Assembly (NCBI GenBank): GCA_965212055.1
Contig: OZ243041.1
Span: 544,001-608,000 of the forward strand
Source of the DNA: Fidelibacterota bacterium
GTDB lineage: Bacteria > Fidelibacterota > Marinisomatia > Marinisomatales > Marinisomataceae
DNA length: 64,000 nt
Direction of reading: 5' to 3'
Shown: in pieces, positions 19,966-29,785 of the stretch
Layout of the letters: each line of letters starts with the position of its first letter
Position numbering within the stretch: the stretch's first letter is position 1
Translations under genes and position numbers: made by a program
The notes under the pieces: generated by a model
The model's input: only the letters and a program-made list of their open reading frames with translations
What the model was told of the DNA's origin: nothing
Database searches by the model: none

Positions 19966-21207
19966 CTACAACTTCTTTAATTCTTCTTCAACTACCCAAA
20001 TACGATCTTGGCCCCATATGGATAAAATATTGTTATTGTTGTGGAACAATTTAAAGGTAGGCGCTCCCCAACAATTTACTTTATACATATCCAATCGATT
20101 CTTCTCAAACCCCGCTTCCCAATCGGTTGCATCTAAATGCTTAAATCCTTCATCAGCATCCAAATCCAAATCGGTTAATAATTGTCGTAAAAATACCTTT
20201 GACCCCACCTGGGTTCCTGTTGCAAAAATTGCTTCCATACACTTGTGTAAATACTCAAATCCTTTACCATGGGAATTCACATATGGAAATAATGAATAAA
20301 TTCTTCGTAAAGGATACCCAATTGGGGTTTGAATTTTTCCAAAGGGAATTTCTAGTTTTTCAGCAACACGTGCAGAATCCGAAAGAATATAAAATCCTTT
20401 TCTTCGTGATATATCCATTTGGCGCATCAACATTGGCATAATAGGTCGTACGACAATAGGAATTCCATAGGTTTCTCCTAACTTTTTCACACGATCAAAT
20501 GCCAAATAGGTATACGGACTATTTGCCGAAAAAAAGATTTCAAGTTTAACATCAGACAATTGGCGACTTGGATGAGAACTTAATACTGGATTGACACGCA
20601 ATGATGCGCCTTTCTTTACCCCTAATGCTTCTAAGCGTTCTAATAGAAAATTAATACGATCAATGCCCCAATAATTTTCCCCTCCATAGTGGAAAATTGC
20701 GCCTAAATAATGGCCACATTCATCGCGTTTTTCGTTGCCTTGTTTTAAGGTATCTTCTATCACTTTTTCAGAACACGTGTTTCCTGAAAATTGCCCTTTC
20801 CAGAATTTCAAACTTATGCTAGGAAGCTGTTCGATTAATTCCTCTTGATTTAAGCTACATAAATGGCTCAAAAAACGATCTTTTTCCTCTGCAGAAGGAA
20901 TATGTGTGTTTGAGAAATCAATGTCGTAATACGGAGCGATTTTTTGCACATCACTAAATACATATTTCCGATACATTTCAGGCTCTGGAAGTGCATCATA
21001 CCCTTCTTCTCCCAATAAATAAATTTCTAATTTAACGTCGTATGAAGCTTGTATTTGATGAAGAAATTGTGCCGCCAAAGTTGAATACGGATCATTGGAT
21101 TGGAAAAAAAACAAAAGCCTATGGGGTTCTATTCTTTGCTTTCGTCGTAGTTCAAATTCTTTTCTTTTTTTATCTCGTAGACTAAGATCGGCAAACCGTG
21201 TCATCAA
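19966..21207 (-). CDS. 2-hydroxychromene-2-carboxylate isomerase / GST-kappa (DsbA-like) tandem-domain protein
   Basis: FSANSPYTYLA, WGAPTF, WGQDR in the C-domain; DPYSTLA, YWGIDR in the N-domain. True start possibly ATG 21272 with a 1-nt frameshift. Confidence 0.8.
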   Translation of the reverse strand: MMTRFADLSLRDKKRKEFELRRKQRIEPHRLLFFFQSNDPYSTLAAQFLHQIQASYDVKLEIYLLGEEGYDALPEPEMYRKYVFSDVQKIAPYYDIDFSNTHIPSAEEKDRFLSHLCSLNQEELIEQLPSISLKFWKGQFSGNTCSEKVIEDTLKQGNEKRDECGHYLGAIFHYGGENYWGIDRINFLLERLEALGVKKGASLRVNPVLSSHPSRQLSDVKLEIFFSANSPYTYLAFDRVKKLGETYGIPIVVRPIMPMLMRQMDISRRKGFYILSDSARVAEKLEIPFGKIQTPIGYPLRRIYSLFPYVNSHGKGFEYLHKCMEAIFATGTQVGSKVFLRQLLTDLDLDADEGFKHLDATDWEAGFEKNRLDMYKVNCWGAPTFKLFHNNNNILSIWGQDRIWVVEEELKKL

Positions 21208-21302
21208 AGAAGATCGGATTACCCTAAGAATGATTCAGAAGGAATGAGTTTTACTAAATCTTCCAGTCTCATATGATTTGTTACTTTTTTAACTGGCCTT
21301 TT

Positions 21303-22360
21303 TTATTTCTTAATCTGACGGCTAATCCAACTATCTTTTCTTTTAAGATCTGTAGCCATCTGTCTTGCAGATTCAGCATAAAGGTATGCTATCTGAAAAT
21401 AACCACCTGACAAGTATGTCATATTAAAATCAAATGACCCAAATGATGTATCATCAAATTTGAAAGTTATATTAAAATTTTCAAGATTTTTTTCATCAAA
21501 AGGAAATCTATAGTCCTCTTTTTGGAAATAGCCCGCCGTTTGACGTCTATCATATGGATCATGTCTTGTTTTAAGGTTCTTTCTTCCAAGTTTATAAATA
21601 TCAGTAAAATCAAATTCAGGAAAATCATATGTTCCTGTTATAGTTGTTTCACCACATATATCGCTAATATTATAATAAGAACAAACATCTTCTGGTACTT
21701 TTCTCGTATGATCTCCCCTTTTTCCACTATTCATGTATGATCTTGTTCGATATGTTGCTGTAGCTTTAAAAGTATTAGGTCCCGTAATTGTGAAACCGGT
21801 TATAAATCTACCTATATCAAGGAATTTATCTACATCTTCTTCACTTAATCCTTTTTCAGCTACTGCCATATAACCACCATGATACTCTCTAAATTCTTCC
21901 CATGTTGTAGTCTTTGTTTCAATTTTTTTCATTGGAAGTGGTATGTACTGTTGATTTTCAAAATTTGTCTTTTTTACACCTTTTACAAGCGCAATCCATG
22001 AGTCGTGTGGACTTTGAGGTGGTCGGGATGGTGTCACAACTCTTGAGGTATAACTATATCCACTTTGAGAATAACTTACTCCTGCTTCTCCAGTCCTATA
22101 TTCATAATAATCTAAATCTCCTTTATATGGAGCATATCTATCTTCTGATGTAGTATATCGATAATCTTCTTTGCAAATTCTGTAAAATCTGTGGTCATTT
22201 GAAAGCTCTGGTTTGAGGACATCTTGCACATTTTGAGGCAATGCATCAAACTGTCTTTATACCAAAAAACACTTGTACTTACTTCAGTCTGACCAATTAA
22301 AAGAGAGAACGATAGTGATATCACAATTAACGCCTTATTATATAGAAAATTTCTAATCAT
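21303..22360 (-). CDS. Secreted hypothetical protein (frameshift near 22255 joins the signal-peptide ORF to the 312-aa ORF)
   Basis: MIRNFLYNKALIVISLSFSLLIGQ signal peptide in one frame; body FDALPQNVQDVLKPEL... in another. Confidence 0.6.
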
Positions 22361-22377
22361 AAATATTTTATTACCAT

Positions 22378-24165
22378 TTAACATATGGAAACCCTAACTC
22401 CATCCATAGGTTGTCCTTGTTGCGTTCTATATAGATGATCCCCAATAACATCTTCATAATCACCTTTTTTTAAATCTTTTTTTATCTCTGAATATCTATC
22501 ATCGCTTATTCCTGCTGCTTTTCGATCATCGTTTTTTCTAAAAGATTCCCATCCAGAAGCATTATTCCCTTTCTTCCTATTCTCATTAAAAAAGGTTAGA
22601 AGTTTTGCGTGTAAATTTGTATCTGATATGTTTTGATGTATTCTGTTCACCAAAATATGCATTGACAAAATCTACTAGATACATTCTATTGTTATCATAT
22701 GGAAATCCTAACGACATCCATATTTGGTTGTCCTTGTTTTGTCCTATACAGATGGTTTTCAACTATATCATAGTAATTACGTTTTTTTAAATCTTTTTTT
22801 ATCTCTGAATATCTATCATCGCTTATTCCTGCTGCTTTTCGATCATCGTTTTTTCTAAAAGATTCCCATCCAGAAGCTTCGTCTTTCTTCTTGAATTATT
22901 CATGAAAAAAGCCTTAAGCTTGTCATGTAAATCTATCTGATATATTTTTATCATTCTGTTCACCAAGATATCGATAATGATGAATTGTACTAATTGATCT
23001 CTATAACTAAGACTAGTCACAACTAAGTTAGAGGAGATAACCCTCTTAGGTGCACTAGAAGTAGTATTATAGATAGGAACATTGTTCTTTGATTTTAGAT
23101 CCGCTAGAAGCAGTTGTCTTAGGTGCGGCAGAAACAGTTTTCGGAGGTGCAGGTGCCATTTGGTGTATTTTTAATCACATCATTAATATAGAAGCCATCC
23201 TTTTGTATATTTCTCAGCTTGACCAGCATATCCATCAGAATATTTATTGTCTAATGTCCAGAGAACTTCATTGAATGTCCCTAAATCTTTGTCCAACTTA
23301 AATACAATTTGAGGACCCTTGTATGTAGTGTCCCTTTTTTGAGAATTCTCCAATATTTAACCATTTTATACATATCAATAGCAGTAATATTTCAAAGTGT
23401 ATGTTCCACTTATGGTTGATACCCTTTTTTACTAACTATTATAGTCTTCTGTAAGATTATGAAATGCTAAAGCTTTTTTTGCATTTTCTTCTCCTGAAGG
23501 AGTGCTAAACTCATTGTAGCCGAAAAAGAATTATTTTCTTTTATGATAATATTACCTAATCTTTTCTATTTTAAAATCATGATTCTAAATCTTGTTTGTC
23601 ATATAAAGCATCATACAATTCTTTTGACTTTGTAAAATACCTAGTACGAAATCCACTATTTTCTTTCGAAACAAATGCTGTCACCGGAAATTCCGCAACT
23701 TGTCCATCTTTACACATTTTCTCAATGTTGTCATAATAGATTTACCACGATACACAGATGGATTATTGTATTTGGCTAAATTAGCATATCCCCCTATCCA
23801 TTCTATAAAATCATCCCAGTCAGCATTGGATTCAGACAGAGTTCTGCTTGGAATTTCTAATCCGATATTTTTTACCTTATCACATACTGTTTTAGTATAC
23901 CAACTATTTAATTCTCTTTCATTTGATGATAGACCTTGTGATCTCTAGTTTGCATCATAATCTGTACGATTTTCGCAATTTTCATTAGTAATATAATATG
24001 ATGATTCAAAATTGAGTCAGCATATGTTTTTACCATACTATCTTAACTCTGATTCTATTAAGTTGATTATAATTTTTTGTACTAGATAATATCACCATTC
24101 TTATCCTTGCAGAACACCGAAGAATACAAAAGATAGGATTAATGTAAGTATGATTCTCCCATTAA
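22378..24165 (-). pseudogene. Fragmented or garbled secreted protein gene(s) with P/A/T/S linker and two C-terminal repeat domains
   Basis: Signal-peptide-like RIILTLILSFVFFGVLQG near 24110-24160, linker MAPAPPKTVSAAPKTTASSGS near 23100-23160, repeated domain at 22380-22990; many frameshifts. Confidence 0.45.
22382..22990. repeat. Tandem ~317-bp repeat (2 copies) with a 96-bp identical core
   Basis: 22465-22560 identical to 22782-22877; flanks similar but diverged. Confidence 0.9.
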
Positions 24166-24216
24166 AATGTACAAAAAAATATTCATTGAGAAAACCCCTT
24201 AAGAATTTCTACACAT

Positions 24217-24555
24217 TTATTTTTCTTCAACAACGATAAGTTTTGCTCTGGTTTTTCCTATATTTTTTACCCGATGAACAACAGGATCTTGTTGAGCAGA
24301 AGAACCTTCTTTAATCTCTGCAACATTCACTGTACCATCAGATGAGGTAATTTGCATAGTACCACCTTTAATCACATAATAGACCATACGATTATGACGA
24401 TGCATTTTATCGCTTTGACCCGGCTCAAAAATCACTTCTAAAACTTTAACATTCTCATTTTCAAAAACGACTTTATATACATCCGGAGATACTTTTTCAG
24501 GAGCCTGAGCAAAGGTTGCTCCAAATAGAAATATTATAGTTAATAATTTTCTCAT
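24217..24555 (-). CDS. Small secreted cupin-domain protein
   Basis: Signal peptide; FENENVKVLEV.FEPG...MHRH...YVIKGG and VHRVKNIG cupin motifs. Confidence 0.85.
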   Translation of the reverse strand: MRKLLTIIFLFGATFAQAPEKVSPDVYKVVFENENVKVLEVIFEPGQSDKMHRHNRMVYYVIKGGTMQITSSDGTVNVAEIKEGSSAQQDPVVHRVKNIGKTRAKLIVVEEK

Positions 24556-24558
24556 TTG

Positions 24559-24632
24559 TGGGCGATACTGGATTTGAACCAGTGACCCCCTGGATGTCGA
24601 CCAGGTACTCTAACCAGCTGAGCTAATCGCCC
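24559..24632 (-). tRNA. tRNA-Val (GAC), CCA not encoded
   Basis: Reverse complement GGGCGATTAGCTCAGCTGGTTAGAGTA-CCTGG-TCGACAT-CCAGG-GGGTCACTGGTTCAAATCCAGTATCGCCCA. Confidence 0.93.
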
Positions 24633-24710
24633 TTTGCAAATATAATTAAACGTGCAAAGAAATGCATGATTCTATTTTGAATCTTTTCGGGTAACAGGCT
24701 AAACAATTTT

Positions 24711-25076
24711 TCAATCATCAGAATGCCAATATGCTAACCCAATCAATAATGCTTGAAATGGTAATCTTCCCCAAGCTAATTCAGGAGAAATATCCATTGC
24801 AGCTCCATTGGTATATGCTAGATAAATATTTGCTGGAAATACAGCAATTAACAGTATAATAAGTCCCCAAGCTGCATAATACCTTGTTTTAGGAATTAAA
24901 AGCAAAATACCAAGCAATACTTCAAAAAATCCACTGATATAGATTGCTGCGAGCCCAAATGGTAGGAATGGTGGATAAATCTTTAAAAACCATTCTGGTT
25001 CAGTAAAATGTGTAATACCTGTAGCGATATAGAAAAAAGACATTAACCCAATGGTAAGAAGCTTAATTGTGTTCAT
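24711..25076 (-). CDS. DoxX-like membrane protein
   Basis: GITHF..P..F..IYPPFLP, ISGFFEVLLG, LIAVFPANIY, RLPFQ. Confidence 0.85.
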   Translation of the reverse strand: MNTIKLLTIGLMSFFYIATGITHFTEPEWFLKIYPPFLPFGLAAIYISGFFEVLLGILLLIPKTRYYAAWGLIILLIAVFPANIYLAYTNGAAMDISPELAWGRLPFQALLIGLAYWHSDD

Positions 25077-26803
25077 TAAACTGAAATTGATCCTTTTCTA
25101 AAATCTGTTTTTCCGATACGCATATTAATAAGGACGGGCGTTCCCGTTTTCGCATCAGACTTGGCTTGCAATAAGACATCACGTAATTGGGAAATTTCGG
25201 TTACCAAAAATCCTTTGCCTCCGTACCCTTCTGCTACCTGATGATAGTTGGTATCGTTTAGATTGGTTCCGATGTCGCTACCGAGCATTTCGACTTGTTC
25301 TCGAGCAATTTGTTGCCAAGAACTGTCATTTCCTACTATAGCAATCACGGGCAATTTATGACGAACAAAAGTATCAAATTCTGCTAAACTAAATGCACAG
25401 GCTCCATCCCCATAAATAATCCACACTTCTTTGTTTGGAAACGCACTTTTTGCTCCTAAGGCAAATCCACCGCCAACCCCTAATGTTCCAAAGGCTCCTG
25501 GATCCAACCAGCTCAATGGAGCTCGAGGACGTAAAACATAAGAAGCTGTTCCTACAAAATCACCCCCATCGGCAATAATAATACTATTTTCATCCAATAC
25601 ATCATTGATGGTAGTACATGCTTTGATAGGATTAACAAATTCTGTGTCCATTTCTGCTTGTGCTAAAATTTCATTCTCTCTTTTCTGTTCCATTTGTTGT
25701 AATTCTTCTAACCATGCTTGGCAATCCGGTGTATTAATAGTCTTGGCAATCTCATAAATACTTCTTGATGGATCTCCTTTAAGCTGTAGGTATGGTCTTC
25801 GATTTTTTGCAAGATCTTTTTTGCTCTTGTTTAAGGCAATAATCTTTGCATCAGAATTGATGGAAAATCCATACCCTAAACGAAAATCTAGTGGAACGCC
25901 TGCGGTAATCACAACATCTGCATTTTTTAAGGCATGTTTACGATTATGACGCAAGAAAAATGAATCTTCTTTCCCTAAACATCCTCGAGCCATTCCTGAT
26001 GTATAGGTTGGAATAGATAGCTTTTTTAAGCTTTGAATAAACCGATCTAAAAACTCTTTATTATGGATAATTTGATTTCCAAGCAATACGACTGGTCTTA
26101 CTGATTCATGAAGTGTAATCGCTGCTTTATCAATTGCAGATTGGCTTGCATTTTTAATGCTTTGCTTCCGAGGAATAATGAGAGATCTTCCTTTAGAAAA
26201 TACATTCTTCAGGTGGTGTTGTACATACCATTTAAACACTTTACCAACCAATGAATTTGAAGAAAGTTGTGACAAATACTGTTCTCGCATCATTTCCTCT
26301 GGGTAGAGTAAATCAATAGGAAGTTCAACAAATACAGGACCAGGCACATCAGAAACAGCACGATTAATAGCATTATGGAGTACCGGGACAATGTCTCGAC
26401 ATCTTTTTACAGAAACTGCGGATTTAACATGTGGTTTCATTAATGATAATTGATCGATATCTTGCAACGATCCTTTTCCTTTTAATAGGGTTGCAGCTGC
26501 TCCACCAATCAACAACAAAGGAGATTGGGCTAATTGTGCATTTTTGATTGCTGTCATTGTATTGGTCACTCCCGGACCCGCAGTCACAATTGCAACACCA
26601 ATAGTGTCCGTTATCCTTGAAGTGGCATCTGCAGCAAACACTGCCGAAGCTTCGTCTCTTACTTGAACAATATTGATTCCTTCAGATTCACATCCAACTA
26701 AGATAGGTGAAATGTGTCCTCCACAGAGGGTAAATACAGTTGAAATATTATTGTCTTTGAAAAAAGAACTTATAGAAAAACCGGCATGTGATTCAGATGC
26801 CAT
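25076..26803 (-). CDS. Thiamine-diphosphate enzyme, ILVBL/HACL2-like (acetolactate synthase-like; putative 2-hydroxyacyl-CoA lyase)
   Basis: [43 protein letters not shown]...GND ThDP motif, C-terminal [10 protein letters not shown]. Confidence 0.85.
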   Translation of the reverse strand: MASESHAGFSISSFFKDNNISTVFTLCGGHISPILVGCESEGINIVQVRDEASAVFAADATSRITDTIGVAIVTAGPGVTNTMTAIKNAQLAQSPLLLIGGAAATLLKGKGSLQDIDQLSLMKPHVKSAVSVKRCRDIVPVLHNAINRAVSDVPGPVFVELPIDLLYPEEMMREQYLSQLSSNSLVGKVFKWYVQHHLKNVFSKGRSLIIPRKQSIKNASQSAIDKAAITLHESVRPVVLLGNQIIHNKEFLDRFIQSLKKLSIPTYTSGMARGCLGKEDSFFLRHNRKHALKNADVVITAGVPLDFRLGYGFSINSDAKIIALNKSKKDLAKNRRPYLQLKGDPSRSIYEIAKTINTPDCQAWLEELQQMEQKRENEILAQAEMDTEFVNPIKACTTINDVLDENSIIIADGGDFVGTASYVLRPRAPLSWLDPGAFGTLGVGGGFALGAKSAFPNKEVWIIYGDGACAFSLAEFDTFVRHKLPVIAIVGNDSSWQQIAREQVEMLGSDIGTNLNDTNYHQVAEGYGGKGFLVTEISQLRDVLLQAKSDAKTGTPVLINMRIGKTDFRKGSISV

Positions 26804-26809
26804 AGATCG

Positions 26810-28486
26810 CTAATTTTCCGTTAACGCAATTTGTTTTTCTTCAGGTGCAGTTAGTATAGAAGAATACAAGGCATCATCAAGAAGGATTTCTAATGATTTC
26901 TGTACTGTTTTATCATCCTGAAGTAAAAATTCATATCTTCCTTTGTCTCCATCATAATAGAAAGCAAATTCTCCTAATAACATTTTTCTAATGAAATCCT
27001 TCTCATCATCAAACATGGCAGTTTGTGATTTCTTGATCTGATTTTCAATGACATTAAATGCATTATTTAAGAATATATTTTTTGGTTCATCTTCTTTAAC
27101 CAGTTTTTCTTTTGCTTTTTCTAAATCGCCTTCACCATCTACGTATCCTGCAATATCGTTTTCTTTAATAAAATCAGCAAATTTGTTCATTAAAGTAATG
27201 TCATTGGCTACTGCATCTGAAGAATCATATTGATCGCTTGTTTGTTGTACGAAACGGAAAAATCCTCCATTGCGTAAGATCGAAACAGCTAATGGATACT
27301 GTTCTAAATTTTCAACTAAAATATCGGGAGCAATGCCTCCGCCTCCAAGTACTTTTCGTCCTGCTTTTGTGGTAAATAATGAATCTTCAACCGTTGCTTT
27401 ATCTTTAAGCAATTCTTTATCAATGTATTCTCTTTTTTGTAGGGTACGTCCACTTGGAATATAATATTTTGAATTGGTAATTTTTAACGCGGATTTATTG
27501 TTGATTGCAATCACAGATTGGACCAATCCTTTTCCAAATGATGGTGATCCGACAATTACTGCCCTATCATGATCTTGCAACACGCCAGCAACAATTTCAC
27601 TTGCAGATGCACTGCCTTCATTAATTAAGACTGTAATATCAATATCCTGAGGTAGCAATGCTCTATTTAATGATCTATATTTTTTTAATATCTTTCCACT
27701 ACGTCCCTTGGTTGAAACCATTTCTAAATCTTTTTGCAATATCAGATCTAATACATCCAATGATGAGGAGAGCAATCCTCCAGGATTATCTCTTAAGTCA
27801 ATAATAATATTTTCTGTTCCTTCGTTCATTAGGGATAGGAATGCATTGTTTACTTCTCTTGGGGTATTTTCTGAGAAATTGGTTATTCTGAGGTATCCGA
27901 CCGCTGGATCAACCATCCCATAGTATGGAATATCTTTGATGATAATAATATCACGATTAATGGTATAATCATGCATTTCTTCTGTAATCGGTTTTTTAAT
28001 GGTTAATACTACATCTGTGCCTTTTTCTCCTCGAATCTTACTGGTCGCATCTTTGAGTTCCATTCCATCGGTAGAAACTCCATCAATATGAGTAATTTTA
28101 TCTCCAGTAAAAATACCCGCACGGAATGCCGGAGAACCTTCAATTGGCCCTACTACTGTTAGCTGATCTTCATACATATAAATCTGCAACCCTACTCCAC
28201 TAAATTCACCTGTAGTTTTAATATTTAAATCTTCCAAATCTTTCTCTCCATAATATTCGGTATATGGATCAAAATTTTCTAACATCGAATTGATAATTGT
28301 TGATGTTAATTCTGGGATATCTAACTCATGGATATACTCAGTAACAAGATACTTATAAACGGTCATGATTTGCTGTTGAGATCGTGCAATGTCACGATAA
28401 ATATCAAGCTGTTGACTTCGCAATAATCCGAAGAAACAAACCGTAATTATTAAGGTTATAAAAGATAATTTTTTTAATTGCTTCAT
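26810..28486 (-). CDS. ctpA: S41 family carboxy-terminal processing protease
   Basis: DPYTEY, PDZ domain, DLRDNPGG, SASASEIVAG, FGKGLVQ. Confidence 0.92.
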   Translation of the reverse strand: MKQLKKLSFITLIITVCFFGLLRSQQLDIYRDIARSQQQIMTVYKYLVTEYIHELDIPELTSTIINSMLENFDPYTEYYGEKDLEDLNIKTTGEFSGVGLQIYMYEDQLTVVGPIEGSPAFRAGIFTGDKITHIDGVSTDGMELKDATSKIRGEKGTDVVLTIKKPITEEMHDYTINRDIIIIKDIPYYGMVDPAVGYLRITNFSENTPREVNNAFLSLMNEGTENIIIDLRDNPGGLLSSSLDVLDLILQKDLEMVSTKGRSGKILKKYRSLNRALLPQDIDITVLINEGSASASEIVAGVLQDHDRAVIVGSPSFGKGLVQSVIAINNKSALKITNSKYYIPSGRTLQKREYIDKELLKDKATVEDSLFTTKAGRKVLGGGGIAPDILVENLEQYPLAVSILRNGGFFRFVQQTSDQYDSSDAVANDITLMNKFADFIKENDIAGYVDGEGDLEKAKEKLVKEDEPKNIFLNNAFNVIENQIKKSQTAMFDDEKDFIRKMLLGEFAFYYDGDKGRYEFLLQDDKTVQKSLEILLDDALYSSILTAPEEKQIALTEN

Positions 28487-29115
28487 GATATCAATTTTTC
28501 ACTTACAATAGACGAAATTTCATTATGAATTGCATCAATTGAGTTTTCCCCATTAATCAACATTACACGTTCTGGTTCTTTTGTGTGTAGGCTTGTATAA
28601 AAATCACGTACTCTTTGTTGGAATTCTTGTCCTTCTTTTTCAATCCTATCTCTAGAGACAGACATTCTTTTGTTTGCTTCCTCAACAGAAATATCAATAA
28701 AGAAAGTTAAATCAGGTTTCAGAGTATATGTTCCAAAATAATTAATTTCTTCGAGGGCAGTACTGTTTAATCCTCTGCCTCCCCCTTGATATGCAAGCGT
28801 AGAATCAGCATAACGATCTGCAATCATCCATCTTCCATTCAATAGATGGGGAAGAATAACTTTATCGGTTAATTGTGCTCTACTCGCAATCATTAATAAT
28901 GCTTCTGCACGATCAGACATTATTTCTTCTGAATGCAATAGGAGTTTACGAATTGATTCCGATATAGGATCGCCACCAGGTTCTCTTACAAAACTAATTG
29001 ATAATTCTTGTTTCTCCAGTAATTCTAGCAACATTTCTGCTTGCGTAGTTTTTCCACAACCATCAATACCTTCAAACGTGATAAATTTCCCTCTAGAAGT
29101 AGACTCTGTCATCAT
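28483..29115 (-). CDS. tmk: Thymidylate kinase
   Basis: FITFEGIDGCGKTTQ, REPGG, DRYADSTLAYQG. Confidence 0.95.
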   Translation of the reverse strand: MMTESTSRGKFITFEGIDGCGKTTQAEMLLELLEKQELSISFVREPGGDPISESIRKLLLHSEEIMSDRAEALLMIASRAQLTDKVILPHLLNGRWMIADRYADSTLAYQGGGRGLNSTALEEINYFGTYTLKPDLTFFIDISVEEANKRMSVSRDRIEKEGQEFQQRVRDFYTSLHTKEPERVMLINGENSIDAIHNEISSIVSEKLIS

Positions 29116-29785
29116 CTTTTCCAATAATAATTACTATTTCACCTTTTACTTTTTTTGACCCAAAAAACTCAATTACACTGCTAAAGTTTCCTCGTACAAT
29201 TTCTTCGTATAATTTTGTCAACTCTCTTGCAACGATAATTGGTCTTTCGCCTAATTCGTCATGCAATTCCCTCAACGTTTTTAGTAATCGATGAGGACTC
29301 TCAAATATAATTATAGTATTTTCTAAACTCTTTAAAAAAGAAATTTTCTTTTTTCTTCCTTTTTTCTGCGGGAGGAATCCTAAAAAAAAGAACGAATCAG
29401 ATGGGAGACCTGACGCGCTAAGAGCTGTTGTTACAGCAGAAGCTCCTGGAATAGGAATAATATCAATTGCTTCATCAATACATGCTCTGATTAATTTGTA
29501 TCCTGGATCACTAATAGTCGGAGTACCCGCATCAGAAATTAATCCAATATCCTTCCCTTCGTTTAATAACCTGATAATTTTAGGAATCTTCTGGGTGGTA
29601 TTGTGTTCATGATAACTATCTAAATTGGTCGTGATATCATAATGTTTCATTAATTGAATAGATTTACGTGTATCTTCGGCAAAAATATGATCAACTTCTT
29701 GTAAAGTATCGATAGCTCTGAATGTAAAATCCTTTAAATTGCCAATCGGAGTGGCAACGATATATAATCTACCTTTATTCGACAT
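29093..29785 (-). CDS. rsmI: 16S rRNA (cytidine1402-2'-O)-methyltransferase
   Basis: LYIVATPIGNL, AEDTR, SDAGTPTISDPG, ESPHR, ARELTKLYEE. Confidence 0.95.
   Translation of the reverse strand: MSNKGRLYIVATPIGNLKDFTFRAIDTLQEVDHIFAEDTRKSIQLMKHYDITTNLDSYHEHNTTQKIPKIIRLLNEGKDIGLISDAGTPTISDPGYKLIRACIDEAIDIIPIPGASAVTTALSASGLPSDSFFFLGFLPQKKGRKKKISFLKSLENTIIIFESPHRLLKTLRELHDELGERPIIVARELTKLYEEIVRGNFSSVIEFFGSKKVKGEIVIIIGKDDDRVYF

Noticed and set aside
22382..22990. Diversity-generating retroelement TR/VR pair
   Set aside because: Differences between copies are not confined to adenines of one copy, and no reverse transcriptase is in the window.
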